This document shows positions 37,835-47,430 of a stretch of 64,000 bases of DNA, in pieces. Positions within the stretch are counted from its first letter, which is position 1; each line of letters starts with the position of its first letter. The translations under genes and the position numbers were made by a program. Origin of the DNA: an uncultured Verrucomicrobiae bacterium (GTDB lineage: Bacteria; Verrucomicrobiota; Verrucomicrobiia; Chthoniobacterales; Chthoniobacteraceae); the NCBI GenBank assembly GCA_963836755.1, contig CAWIKF010000002.1, positions 512,001 through 576,000 of the forward strand, given 5' to 3'. The notes beneath the pieces were generated by a model that saw only the letters and a list, made by a program, of their open reading frames with translations, made no database searches and was not told the origin of the DNA.

Positions 37835-39583
37835 ATGAAAGTTGTCGCTCGCGTTTTTGGTTACGTTCGCCGTTATCCCGCCATGGCCGGCGGCATGCTC
37901 GCCTGCGCTGTGCTGAGCACGATGCTCGTGGTGGTTTTTCCAAAGGCCACGCAGCACATCATCGACGATGTGGTGCGAGCGCATCGGCCGGACAAACTTT
38001 GGTTTTGGGTGGCCATCGGTGGCGGCGCTTTCCTCGCGCAAAACTTGTTTAACGCTCTGCGAATCGTCTTGAACAATACGTTCGAGCAGCGGGTGATTTT
38101 TGACCTGCGCAGCGACCTTTACTCACACATCCAGCAATTGCCACTGACGTGGTTCGATAATCGCACCACCGGCGATTTGATGACGCGCGTGCTGGAGGAT
38201 GTGACGTCGTTGGAGCGGATGTTGATCGACGGCATCGAGCAGGGCGTGGTCGCCGTGCTGCAAATCGCGATCGTCACCGTCGCGATGTTTCAACGCAGCC
38301 CGCGCCTCACGCTTTTCGCGCTGCTGCCGCTGCCTGTGCTCGCTTGTGGCGCACTTGTTTATACTTTGACGGCACACCGTCGCTATCGCCTGCAGCGGCG
38401 CGCGGCATCGGCGATGAATTCGCTTTTGCACGACAACCTCGCCGGCATCCGGCAGATCAAAACCTTCGTGCGCGAGCGCGAGGAGCATGCGCGTTTCAAT
38501 GGCGTCAGCAATCAGCTCCGCGAGGCGACTTTGATCGTGATGCGTGCATGGGCGATCTATCGGCCGGCGATGGATTTCATTGCCACGGCAGGGCTCGTGC
38601 TCGTCGTCGGCTTCGGTGGGAAGGCCGTGCTCAGCGGCGCGCTCCAGCTCGGCGATCTCGTCGCGTTTTTGATGCTCGTGCAATTTCTTTACGATCCCGT
38701 GGGGCGGCTGCATCAGCTCAACCAGCTATTTCAGGCCGGGCGCGCGGCGGGTGAGCGGGTTTTTGAGATCATGGACGAAAAGCCGGAGCCGGGGCGCGTG
38801 GAAGAAAATCCGGCAGCGGTGCAAAAAATAACCGGCGACGTTCGTTTTACCAACGTTTGTTTTTCTTATCAGGAAACTCAGCCGGTTTTGCACAACATCA
38901 ATCTCCACGCGCGACCCGGTCAAACCGTCGCGCTCGTCGGCGCAACCGGTGCCGGCAAATCTTCGCTGGTGCATTTGTTGACGCGGTTTTACGAGTTCGA
39001 CTCGGGCGAGGTTTTTGTCGACGGAAAACCGCTGCGCGAATATCCGCGCAACGCGCTGCGCAGCGGCATCGGCATGGTCACGCAGGAAAGCTTTTTGTTT
39101 AACGGCACGATTCGTGAAAACCTGCACATCGGCCGCCCCGGCGCGAGCGACGCAGAATTGTTCGAGGCGCTGGAGGCTGCGAATGCGCGCTCTTTTGTCG
39201 AGCGGATGCCGGACGGACTCGGCACAATCGTCGGCGAGCGCGGCGTCAAACTGAGTGTGGGCGAAAAGCAGCGCGTCTCGATTGCGCGGGCGCTGTTGAA
39301 GGATCCGCCAATTTTAATTTTGGATGAAGCGACGGCGAGCGTGGACACCGCGACCGAAAAGATGATCCAGGCCGCGCTCGATCGTTTGATGCAAAACAGA
39401 ACAAGCTTTGTGATCGCGCATCGGCTCTCGACCGTGCGGCACGCGGATCAAATTCTGGTGATGGATCGCGGTCGAATCGCCGAGCGCGGCACGCACGAGG
39501 AGTTGCTCGCGGTTGATGGAATTTACGCGCGGCTGTGCGAGCATGCATATTTTTCGACTGGCGGGTTGGCAATTGCTTCTTGA
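37835..39583 (+). CDS. ABC exporter, fused permease/ATPase (MsbA/MdlB-like)
   Basis: Multi-TM N-terminus, GATGAGKS, LSVGEKQR, ILDEATA, IAHRLST. Confidence 0.93.
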   Translation: MKVVARVFGYVRRYPAMAGGMLACAVLSTMLVVVFPKATQHIIDDVVRAHRPDKLWFWVAIGGGAFLAQNLFNALRIVLNNTFEQRVIFDLRSDLYSHIQQLPLTWFDNRTTGDLMTRVLEDVTSLERMLIDGIEQGVVAVLQIAIVTVAMFQRSPRLTLFALLPLPVLACGALVYTLTAHRRYRLQRRAASAMNSLLHDNLAGIRQIKTFVREREEHARFNGVSNQLREATLIVMRAWAIYRPAMDFIATAGLVLVVGFGGKAVLSGALQLGDLVAFLMLVQFLYDPVGRLHQLNQLFQAGRAAGERVFEIMDEKPEPGRVEENPAAVQKITGDVRFTNVCFSYQETQPVLHNINLHARPGQTVALVGATGAGKSSLVHLLTRFYEFDSGEVFVDGKPLREYPRNALRSGIGMVTQESFLFNGTIRENLHIGRPGASDAELFEALEAANARSFVERMPDGLGTIVGERGVKLSVGEKQRVSIARALLKDPPILILDEATASVDTATEKMIQAALDRLMQNRTSFVIAHRLSTVRHADQILVMDRGRIAERGTHEELLAVDGIYARLCEHAYFSTGGLAIAS

Positions 39584-39678
39584 GGCGAGGTTTGGAACTC
39601 GGTCCGAGACTTCGCGAATTATCGCGATGAAATCGAAGAAAAAATTTCCCGTTAAATGATTGACTGGCATGAAAGATG

Positions 39679-39712
39679 GTGGTTGAAAGTGGGACGTTGT
39701 GGAGCAAAGTGG
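39679..39712 (+). promoter_or_regulatory. MraZ binding box (dcw operator)
   Basis: GTGG at 39679, 39689, 39699 and 39709, an exact 10-bp period, directly upstream of mraZ. Confidence 0.85.
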
Positions 39713-39741
39713 CTCCCATCGCCTATTAACAAACTTGAAAC

Positions 39742-40191
39742 ATGGCGAAATCAATCACCTCCAGTCCGATTTTCTCGGGTGAGTTTCGCCATTCCCTCGA
39801 CGACAAAAATCGCATCACCATTCCCGCGCGCTGGCGCTCGGGGGAGACCGAGGAAGTTTACGTTGTCAAAAATCCGAAGCGCGCGTGCCTCACGGTGATG
39901 CCGCAGGAGGTTTTCAAAAGAATCGGCGAAGACGCCAAAGAAAAATCTTCTCCCGCCGAGCACCGCATTTTCATCACGCATTTTTACTCACAGGCGAAAA
40001 ACTGCACGATAGACAAACAGGGACGGTTGTTGTTGCCGGAAGATTATTGCAAGGCCGCGGGCTTGCGGAGCGATGTCGTGCTCACCGGCGGCTCGGATCG
40101 CTTCGATCTCTGGAGCCCGGCGAGCTGGAAGGCGGTGCAGGATGAACAAATGCAGACGTATGAAAAAGTCTCGGAAGCTATTGGAATATGA
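39742..40191 (+). CDS. mraZ: Transcriptional regulator MraZ
   Basis: FSGEFRHSLDDKNRITIP and IDKQGRLLLP duplicated AbrB-like motifs; first gene of the dcw cluster. Confidence 0.95.
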   Translation: MAKSITSSPIFSGEFRHSLDDKNRITIPARWRSGETEEVYVVKNPKRACLTVMPQEVFKRIGEDAKEKSSPAEHRIFITHFYSQAKNCTIDKQGRLLLPEDYCKAAGLRSDVVLTGGSDRFDLWSPASWKAVQDEQMQTYEKVSEAIGI

Positions 40192-41171
40192 TGTTTTTTC
40201 TCGACGCCACCCACGCCGCGTCTTCGGCGGAGCCACACGAAAAAGTGATGAGCACTGATGCGTTTCATGCGCCGGTGCTGCTGCGCGAAGTCATGGAAGC
40301 ACTCGCACCTGTGCCGGGAAAAATATTCGTCGATTGCACGCTTGGCGGCGGTGGCCACAGCGAGGCGTTGCTGGCCGCGGGAGCTGATGTCATCGGGCTC
40401 GATCAGGATCCGGAGGCGCTTGCACACGCGCAAAAACGGCTGGCGAAGAGTGGTGAAAAGTTTCGCGCGGTGCGGTCAAACTTTGACGCGATCGGCGATG
40501 TCTTGCACCAGCTCGGCGTGGAAAAAATCGACGGCGCTCTGCTGGATCTCGGCGTGTCATCGTGGCAGCTCGACACGCCAGAGCGCGGCTTTTCTTTCAT
40601 GAAAGATGGGCCGCTCGACATGCGAATGAATCTCGCTGCTTCCGTGACTGCGGCCGACCTGGTGAACAACGCCAGCGGTGAGCAGCTCGAGCGCATTTTC
40701 CGCGAGTTTGGTGAAGAACCGGCGGCGCGGCGCGTGGCGGCGCGCATCACTCGCGACCGCATGCAACGGCCGTTCGCGACGACTTTTGATCTCGTGCGCA
40801 GCATCGAGAGCGTGAATCCGCGCCGCGGCAGGATTCATCCGGCGACACGAATTTTTCAGGCGTTGCGCATCGCGGTGAATCGCGAAATCGAGGTGCTCGG
40901 CGAGGCGCTGGAACAAATTGCTGCGGTGCTGCGACCCGGCGGACGGGTCGCGGTGATCACGTTTCACTCGCTCGAGGATCGGCTGGTGAAAACTTTTTTT
41001 AAACAACGGAGCGTGCAATTTATCGACCGTCCTGAATGGCAGGCGCCGCGGCCGAATCCTGATTTCATTTTCAAGCTCGTGAACCGCAAGGCTCTGGTGG
41101 CGGGCGCTGCCGAGCAATCGACTAACCCGCGCTCGCGCAGCGCCAAACTTCGCGTCGCCGAAAAAATCTAA
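40188..41171 (+). CDS. rsmH: 16S rRNA m4C1402 methyltransferase
   Basis: HAPVLL, DCTLGGGGHS, DLGVSS, PLDMRM, FQALRIAVN, FHSLEDR, NPRSRSAKLR. Start could be 40248. Confidence 0.96.
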   Translation: MMFFLDATHAASSAEPHEKVMSTDAFHAPVLLREVMEALAPVPGKIFVDCTLGGGGHSEALLAAGADVIGLDQDPEALAHAQKRLAKSGEKFRAVRSNFDAIGDVLHQLGVEKIDGALLDLGVSSWQLDTPERGFSFMKDGPLDMRMNLAASVTAADLVNNASGEQLERIFREFGEEPAARRVAARITRDRMQRPFATTFDLVRSIESVNPRRGRIHPATRIFQALRIAVNREIEVLGEALEQIAAVLRPGGRVAVITFHSLEDRLVKTFFKQRSVQFIDRPEWQAPRPNPDFIFKLVNRKALVAGAAEQSTNPRSRSAKLRVAEKI

Positions 41172-41536
41172 TGTCCAACCGCTTCAAAAACGCGAACGCC
41201 GTTCCCGTGGCCGCGCTCACTCGCTGGCTGATCGTAGCGCTTTTCCTCGGCTCGGCCGGGCTGAGTTATGTCTATTTGAAAAATCAGATGCACGTGACCG
41301 GCGACGAAATCCGGCGGCTCGAGCACCAGCTCGGCGACCTCGAGACGCAGAGCGATGTCGTCAATGGCAAGATCTCGCAACTCGCCGCGCGCGGATATTT
41401 GCAGAAACGGCGCGCTGAGGGATTCATCCACCTGACGCCGATCACCGATGACCGCATCGTGCGCATCTCGGGCATGGCGACAACATCACAGCACAGCGAG
41501 ATGCGGCGCGTCTCAAACGAGGAGGTCACGAAGTGA
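41171..41536 (+). CDS. ftsL: Cell division protein FtsL-like
   Basis: Single TM plus coiled coil, located between rsmH and ftsI. Confidence 0.7.
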   Translation: MSNRFKNANAVPVAALTRWLIVALFLGSAGLSYVYLKNQMHVTGDEIRRLEHQLGDLETQSDVVNGKISQLAARGYLQKRRAEGFIHLTPITDDRIVRISGMATTSQHSEMRRVSNEEVTK

Positions 41537-43305
41537 TTCGATCGGCCAAAGGACGGGCGTTGTGTGCGTGCGTCGCGTTGGCCGCGTGTTTTACTCTGTT
41601 TTCATACCGCCTCGTCGTGCTGCAGGTCTGCCGGCACGAGCGGTTTCGGATCATCGCGACTGGCAGCCACGTCATTCGGCAGCCGATTTATGCGCGGCGC
41701 GGTTTGATTCAGGATGTGAATCAGGAGACGCTCGCGGAGAATGTTCCCGTCGCGACAATCTTCGCGGATGCAGGTCCAAAAGTCATGAGAGATCCGGCGA
41801 AGGTCGCCTCGATTCTCGCGGGTCCGCTGGAACTGCCCGAAAATGAGTTGGCGGCAAAGCTGGAAAGCGAGCAGCGCTACATTGTTTTAAAAAAGAAAGT
41901 GCCGGTGCAAATCGCGAACGATGTAATCGCGAGCCTGCGCAAAAGCTCGCTGCGCGGCGTTTATTCGGAGCCAGACTCGGCGCGCAATTATCCGAACGGG
42001 TCCATGCTCAGCCACGTCATCGGATTTCTCAACGGCGCGCATCAAGGCGTGCAAGGCATCGAGATGACGATGGACAATTTTTTGCGCGGCGATGACGGCT
42101 ACCGTTTCGTCGAGCGCGACCGCACGGGCAAGGAATTGGTGATGTTCCGCGGCCAGGAGCGCGCGGCGCGCGACGGTCGCAACGTGCAACTCACGGTCGA
42201 TCTGAATTTACAAAACATCGTCGAGACCGAGCTGGACGATGCGTGTTCGAAATTTCATCCCGAGCGGGCAGTTGTGATTTTGATGCGCCCGAAAACCGGC
42301 GAAATCCTCGCTCTCGCGAACCGCCCGACTTTTGACCTCAACGACATTGCGACGAAGTCGTCGGAATTTTTGCAGCGCAACGCAAATGCGATGATCAACA
42401 GCGCGGTCATCAATCAAGTCGAGCCCGGCTCCACGTTCAAAATCGTCACGGCCTCGGCGGCGTTAAACGAACATCTCGTGCAGCCGAGCAGCCTGATTTT
42501 TTGCGAGAACGGCCACTTCAATTTTGCCGGCCGGATCCTGCACGATCACCACGGCTTCGGCGATATCAGCGTCAACGACATTCTGATCAAATCGAGCAAC
42601 ATCGGCGCGGCGAAACTCGCGTTGCAGCTCGGCGACCAAAGGTTTTACGAATACATCCGGCGCTTTGGTTTCGGCGAGCGGACGGGAATCAGTCTCCCGG
42701 GCGAAATTTCCGGAAAAGTGAAACCGCCTTATGAATGGCAGCGCATCGACATCACGCGCATGGCGATGGGCCATTCGGTCGATGTGACGCCGCTGCAGTC
42801 GATCACCGCAATGGCCGCGATCGCGAACGACGGGCATTTAATGATGCCGCAGATCGTCCATCAAATCACGAACGATGACGGCAGCGTGGTGCAGAGTTTT
42901 CCGCCCATCGAAATTCGCGCGGCCATTTCGGAAAAGACGGCGCACGAAGTCCGCGACGCATTGAAAAATGTGGTGAGTGACAAAGGCACCGCGGCGCTCG
43001 CGAAAGTTGCCGGCTTCCTGGTCGCGGGCAAAACCGGCACCGCAGAAAAGATCAACCCGGCCGGTGGTTATCTCGCCGGAAAATATGTCGTCTCATTCAT
43101 CGGATTCATGCCGGCGGACAATCCGGAGTTTGTCGGCCTCGTCATGCTCGATGACGCGAAAGTTTCCTCGGAGATCGACTACGGCGGCCAGATCGCGGGA
43201 CCAATTTTTGCTCACATCGCTGAAAAAGCGGCGCGCTATTTGAACTTGCAGCCGCAGCCCGAACCGCCGTCGAGCCAGGTCGTCATCACGCAGCGCGATC
43301 GTTGA
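41533..43305 (+). CDS. ftsI: Class B penicillin-binding protein (PBP3)
   Basis: RRGLIQD, RNYP, EPGSTFK (SxxK), KSSN (SxN), KTGT. Confidence 0.93.
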   Translation: MIRSAKGRALCACVALAACFTLFSYRLVVLQVCRHERFRIIATGSHVIRQPIYARRGLIQDVNQETLAENVPVATIFADAGPKVMRDPAKVASILAGPLELPENELAAKLESEQRYIVLKKKVPVQIANDVIASLRKSSLRGVYSEPDSARNYPNGSMLSHVIGFLNGAHQGVQGIEMTMDNFLRGDDGYRFVERDRTGKELVMFRGQERAARDGRNVQLTVDLNLQNIVETELDDACSKFHPERAVVILMRPKTGEILALANRPTFDLNDIATKSSEFLQRNANAMINSAVINQVEPGSTFKIVTASAALNEHLVQPSSLIFCENGHFNFAGRILHDHHGFGDISVNDILIKSSNIGAAKLALQLGDQRFYEYIRRFGFGERTGISLPGEISGKVKPPYEWQRIDITRMAMGHSVDVTPLQSITAMAAIANDGHLMMPQIVHQITNDDGSVVQSFPPIEIRAAISEKTAHEVRDALKNVVSDKGTAALAKVAGFLVAGKTGTAEKINPAGGYLAGKYVVSFIGFMPADNPEFVGLVMLDDAKVSSEIDYGGQIAGPIFAHIAEKAARYLNLQPQPEPPSSQVVITQRDR

Positions 43306-43310
43306 CCATC

Positions 43311-44789
43311 ATGCAACTGCAAGCACTTGTTTCACACTTGCGAGACGCAAAGGTGCATGGCCCGCTCGACGTCGACATCACCTCCATCGCCTGCGATTCG
43401 CGGCGCGTGAAGAACGGGAGCCTCTTCGTGGCGATGCGCGGCGAAAAAAGCGACGGTCACAATTTCATTCTTCCCGCGTCCGACCAAGGAGCTGCGGCCA
43501 TTGTCAGCGAGAAGCTTGAGCCGACTTCCCGCGTCACGAACATCGTGGTGCCGGACACGCGCGCCGCGCTCGCGGACGTGGCCGCAGCATTTTACCACAA
43601 CCCTTCGCGGCACTTAAAAATGACCGGCGTCACCGGCACGAATGGCAAAACGACGTTCACGTTTTTGCTCAAGCATCTTTGCGAGCGCGCTCTTTTGCGC
43701 AGTGGTTTGATCGGGACAGTCCGCTACGAAGTCGGCGAACGCATCCTTCCGGCCGCCCGGACGACGCCAGAATCGCTCGAAGTGCAGGAACTGCTTTTTC
43801 AAATTCGCAACGCCGGTTGCAAGGCCGCGGTGATGGAAGTTTCCTCACACGCACTCGAGCAACAGCGCGTGCGGAACGTGGAATTCGACGTCGCTGTTTT
43901 CACAAATCTTACTCAGGACCATCTCGATTATCACGGCACGATGGAAAACTACTTTGCGGCGAAGAGCCGCATGTTTACAGGGCTCGCGAGCCACAAGAAA
44001 AACGCAAAGGCTGTCATCAACATCGACGACCGATATGGCGTGCAGCTCGTGGAAAAATGCTCTGCGCCCGTGTTGACGTATGGCGTGGGGACGCGCGCGG
44101 ACTTTCGCGCCAGCAACATGAAGATCGATTTCAGCGGGACATCGTATCAACTCGATGCGCATGGGAAGAGTTACCTCGTGCGCCTGCCACTGATCGGCAG
44201 GTTCAATGTTTACAACTCGCTTGCTGCAATCGCCGCTGCGTCTGTGCTCGGCATTGATGTCCGCACGGCCGTTCTCGCGTTAGCCAATGCGCCTTTTGTG
44301 CCGGGCCGGCTCGAGGCCGTGCCGGTGAAAAGGCAGTTTCGCGTGTTTGTCGATTACGCACACACCGATGACGCTTTGTTGAACGTGATGAAAACTTTGC
44401 GCGAGCTGTCGCCGAACCGCCTCATCGTTGTTTTTGGTTGCGGCGGGAATCGCGACCGCGCCAAGCGGCCGAAGATGGGAGCAGCCGTCGATTCTCTCGC
44501 CGACTGGGCGATCATCACATCCGACAATCCGCGCAAGGAAGATCCGGCCGCGATCATTGCTGATGTGGAGCGCGGATTTCGCGGACGCAATTTTGAAGTG
44601 ATCAGCGATCGTCGCGAAGCAATTTTCAAAGCAGTCGCGATGGCTGAGCCGCGCGACATCGTCCTTCTCGCCGGCAAAGGCCACGAGGATTACCAGGAGT
44701 TTGCCGACCGCACCATTCCGTTCGATGACGTCGAAATCGCGCGGCAAGCGGTTGAGGCGACTCCGTTAGAAATGGGAAGAAATCGATGA
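43311..44789 (+). CDS. murE: UDP-MurNAc-dipeptide:meso-DAP ligase
   Basis: TGTNGKTT, MEVSSH, DYAHT, DNPR (meso-DAP specificity motif), AGKGHE. Confidence 0.96.
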   Translation: MQLQALVSHLRDAKVHGPLDVDITSIACDSRRVKNGSLFVAMRGEKSDGHNFILPASDQGAAAIVSEKLEPTSRVTNIVVPDTRAALADVAAAFYHNPSRHLKMTGVTGTNGKTTFTFLLKHLCERALLRSGLIGTVRYEVGERILPAARTTPESLEVQELLFQIRNAGCKAAVMEVSSHALEQQRVRNVEFDVAVFTNLTQDHLDYHGTMENYFAAKSRMFTGLASHKKNAKAVINIDDRYGVQLVEKCSAPVLTYGVGTRADFRASNMKIDFSGTSYQLDAHGKSYLVRLPLIGRFNVYNSLAAIAAASVLGIDVRTAVLALANAPFVPGRLEAVPVKRQFRVFVDYAHTDDALLNVMKTLRELSPNRLIVVFGCGGNRDRAKRPKMGAAVDSLADWAIITSDNPRKEDPAAIIADVERGFRGRNFEVISDRREAIFKAVAMAEPRDIVLLAGKGHEDYQEFADRTIPFDDVEIARQAVEATPLEMGRNR

Positions 44790-44980
44790 GCAAAGGCCCC
44801 AGCCTGCAATTTTTGGAAGTCCCGCATCGCGCCCCGATCGAGCAGCCGCGCGGTTTTTTTGGCCGCGCGATTCGCGCATTGCGAATGCCGCGCCGTGGAC
44901 AATCGCCCGTGGATCAAGCTGCAGCACAGAGCCGCGCCGTGCGGCTCTTTTCCGCAAACTTCAAGACATGGACGCGGTGA
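44786..44980 (+). CDS. Small hypothetical protein (64 aa) between murE and murF
   Basis: ATGA overlap with the murE stop; ends 13 nt into murF; fills the whole gap. Confidence 0.4.
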   Translation: MSKGPSLQFLEVPHRAPIEQPRGFFGRAIRALRMPRRGQSPVDQAAAQSRAVRLFSANFKTWTR

Positions 44981-46329
44981 CACTCCACACGATTGCGCGG
45001 TGGGCTGACGGAGAACTCTCCGGCGGCGATCCATCGCGAACGGTGACGAACATTTGCACCGATTCGCGCCGGTTGCGCGCGGGCGATCTTTTCCTGGCAT
45101 TACGTGGCGAAAACTTTGACGCGCATGATTTCATCGCGCGCGCCGCGGAACTCGGTGCCGCCGGTGCCGTGGTCGAGAATGCGCAGGAAATTTTGCCGAA
45201 AAACTTCTCCCTGATCCGTGTGCAGGACACGCTCGCGGCGCTGCAAAAAATCGCATCCGCTTATCGCAATTCACTTCCGCTTAAAGTTGTCGCGATCACA
45301 GGCAGCAATGGAAAAACTTCGACGAAAGATTTCACTGCCGCGGTGCTCGGTGAGCGTTTTCGCGTGGTCAAAACTGAAGGCAATTTCAACAACCACATCG
45401 GTCTTCCACTCACGATGCTCGCAGCGAAAGCGAGCGACGAAATCGGAGTTTTTGAAATCGGGATGAACCACCCGGGCGAAATTGCGCCGCTCGCGAAGCT
45501 GGCGCGTCCGGATGTTGGCGTCATCACCAACATTGGCGTCGCGCACATCGAATTTATGGGCACGCGCGACGCGATCGCTCAGGAAAAAGGAATGCTCGCG
45601 GAAGTGTTGACCGCTGATGGAACCCTCATCCTCAGCGCAGAAGATGGTTATTGCAGCGTTATCGCGGCCCGGACGAAAGCGCGGGCGGTTTTGACGGGAA
45701 TTGAAGGCGGAGAAGTCACCGCCAGCGACATTCACAGCGAAGCCGATGGCAGTCACTTCACGTTGAAAGCACAGGGGAAAACTGCGGCGGCGCGGCTCGC
45801 CGTGCCCGGCCACCACATGATTCGCAACGCTTTGCTTGCAGTCGCCGTCGGTCTGATTTTTGGCATGTCGCTCGACGATTGCGCGGCGGGCCTGGCGAAA
45901 GTGCAGCTCACGAAAGGTCGTCTCGAGCAAAAACTCATCCGCGGAATTCGCGTCCTCGATGACAGCTACAATGCGAATCCCGATTCAATGCTGGCGGCGT
46001 TGCGCACGTTAGCGAGCATGCCGGGCAGACACATCGCGGTGCTTGGGCAGATGAATGAACTCGGCGCGGAATCGACGCGAAGCCATCACGAAGTCGGCGA
46101 GGCTGTGGCTCGTGAAAAAATCGATTTTCTCATCACCGTCGGCGACGTCGCCGCGATGATCGCCGACGCCGCTGGAAAACAGAAAGTTAAACACGTGGCA
46201 AAAGTTGCGACGACCTCGGAAGCCGCCGATTTGCTGCGCACTTTGGCTCGCGCCGGCGACACCGTTCTCATCAAAGGAAGCCGCTCAGCGCGGATGGAAA
46301 CCATCGTGGAGGAATTCGCGCGCGCATGA
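44968..46329 (+). CDS. murF: UDP-MurNAc-tripeptide:D-Ala-D-Ala ligase
   Basis: ITGSNGKTSTK, NNHIGLP, EIGMNHPGEI, DDSYNANP, KGSR. Confidence 0.96.
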   Translation: MDAVTLHTIARWADGELSGGDPSRTVTNICTDSRRLRAGDLFLALRGENFDAHDFIARAAELGAAGAVVENAQEILPKNFSLIRVQDTLAALQKIASAYRNSLPLKVVAITGSNGKTSTKDFTAAVLGERFRVVKTEGNFNNHIGLPLTMLAAKASDEIGVFEIGMNHPGEIAPLAKLARPDVGVITNIGVAHIEFMGTRDAIAQEKGMLAEVLTADGTLILSAEDGYCSVIAARTKARAVLTGIEGGEVTASDIHSEADGSHFTLKAQGKTAAARLAVPGHHMIRNALLAVAVGLIFGMSLDDCAAGLAKVQLTKGRLEQKLIRGIRVLDDSYNANPDSMLAALRTLASMPGRHIAVLGQMNELGAESTRSHHEVGEAVAREKIDFLITVGDVAAMIADAAGKQKVKHVAKVATTSEAADLLRTLARAGDTVLIKGSRSARMETIVEEFARA

Positions 46330-47426
46330 TGTATTTTCTGACTTATCTCAAGGGTTCGTTCCCGGCGCTGAACGTTTTTCAATACATCACGTTTCGTGCG
46401 GTTGGCGCTGCGATGACGGCATTTTTGCTCTGCTTGATTTTTGGAAACTGGACGATCCGGAAATTGATCGGGCTCAAGCTCGGGCAGCCGATTCGCACGA
46501 AAGAGGAAGTCCACAAACTCGCCGAATTGCATGGCGGAAAAGCGGGCACGCCGACGATGGGCGGAGTGCTGCTGCTTGGCGCGGTCGTTGTCTCCACGCT
46601 GCTTTGGGCGCGGCCACAAAATGATTCCGTCTGGCTCGCGTTGTTTTCGATTGTTTATCTGGGAGCGCTCGGTTTCATCGACGATTATCTCAAGGTCACC
46701 AAGAAGAAATCCGACGGCCTGAGCGGACGCTTAAAGCTCGTCGCGCAGTTTGTTCTCGCGGGAATCGTGACCGCTTTTTTCCTGCTCAACCCCGCCATCG
46801 AGGTGCAGGCGCGCGCGCTTTACGTGCCGTTTTACAAGGAACCGGTCATCCTGAATTTGAGCGGCGGCACGTTTTTCTTTTTCGCGCTCGTTGTCGTTGG
46901 CAGCTCGAACGCGGTGAACCTCACCGACGGCCTGGATGGCTTGGCGACCGGTTGCACGATCACCGCCGCGTCCGCGTTTGCGGTGCTCGCATACGTGGCG
47001 GGCAACGTAAAAATTTCCTCCTATCTGCAGATCCCGTTTTATCCGTTCACCGGCGAGCTCACGGTCGTCTGCATGGCGCTTGCGGGCGCGGGACTCGGCT
47101 TTCTATGGTTTAACTGTCATCCAGCAAAAGTTTTCATGGGCGACACCGGCTCGCTTGCAATCGGCGGTGTTCTCGGTGTCGTAGCGATTTGCTGCAAGCA
47201 GGAGCTGCTGCTGCTCATCATCGGCGGCGTGTTCGTGATGGAGGCGCTCTCGGTGATTTTGCAGGTGATGAGTTTCAAGCTGACTGGCAAGCGGATCTTC
47301 GCGATGTCGCCGATCCACCATCATTTCGAGCTGAAAGGCTGGAAGGAAAATACCGTGATCGTCCGCTTTTGGATCCTTTCGATCATGTTCGCATTCCTCG
47401 GCCTGGCGACACTTAAACTTCGTTGA
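46326..47426 (+). CDS. mraY: Phospho-MurNAc-pentapeptide transferase
   Basis: TPTMGG, DDYLK, NAVNLTDGLDGLA, FMGDTGS, PIHHHFE. Confidence 0.97.
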   Translation: MMYFLTYLKGSFPALNVFQYITFRAVGAAMTAFLLCLIFGNWTIRKLIGLKLGQPIRTKEEVHKLAELHGGKAGTPTMGGVLLLGAVVVSTLLWARPQNDSVWLALFSIVYLGALGFIDDYLKVTKKKSDGLSGRLKLVAQFVLAGIVTAFFLLNPAIEVQARALYVPFYKEPVILNLSGGTFFFFALVVVGSSNAVNLTDGLDGLATGCTITAASAFAVLAYVAGNVKISSYLQIPFYPFTGELTVVCMALAGAGLGFLWFNCHPAKVFMGDTGSLAIGGVLGVVAICCKQELLLLIIGGVFVMEALSVILQVMSFKLTGKRIFAMSPIHHHFELKGWKENTVIVRFWILSIMFAFLGLATLKLR

Positions 47427-47430
47427 ACAC

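Noticed and set aside
39665..39680. Sigma54-like TGGCAT upstream of mraZ
   Set aside because: The -12 position is GG rather than GC, and the region is explained by the MraZ box.
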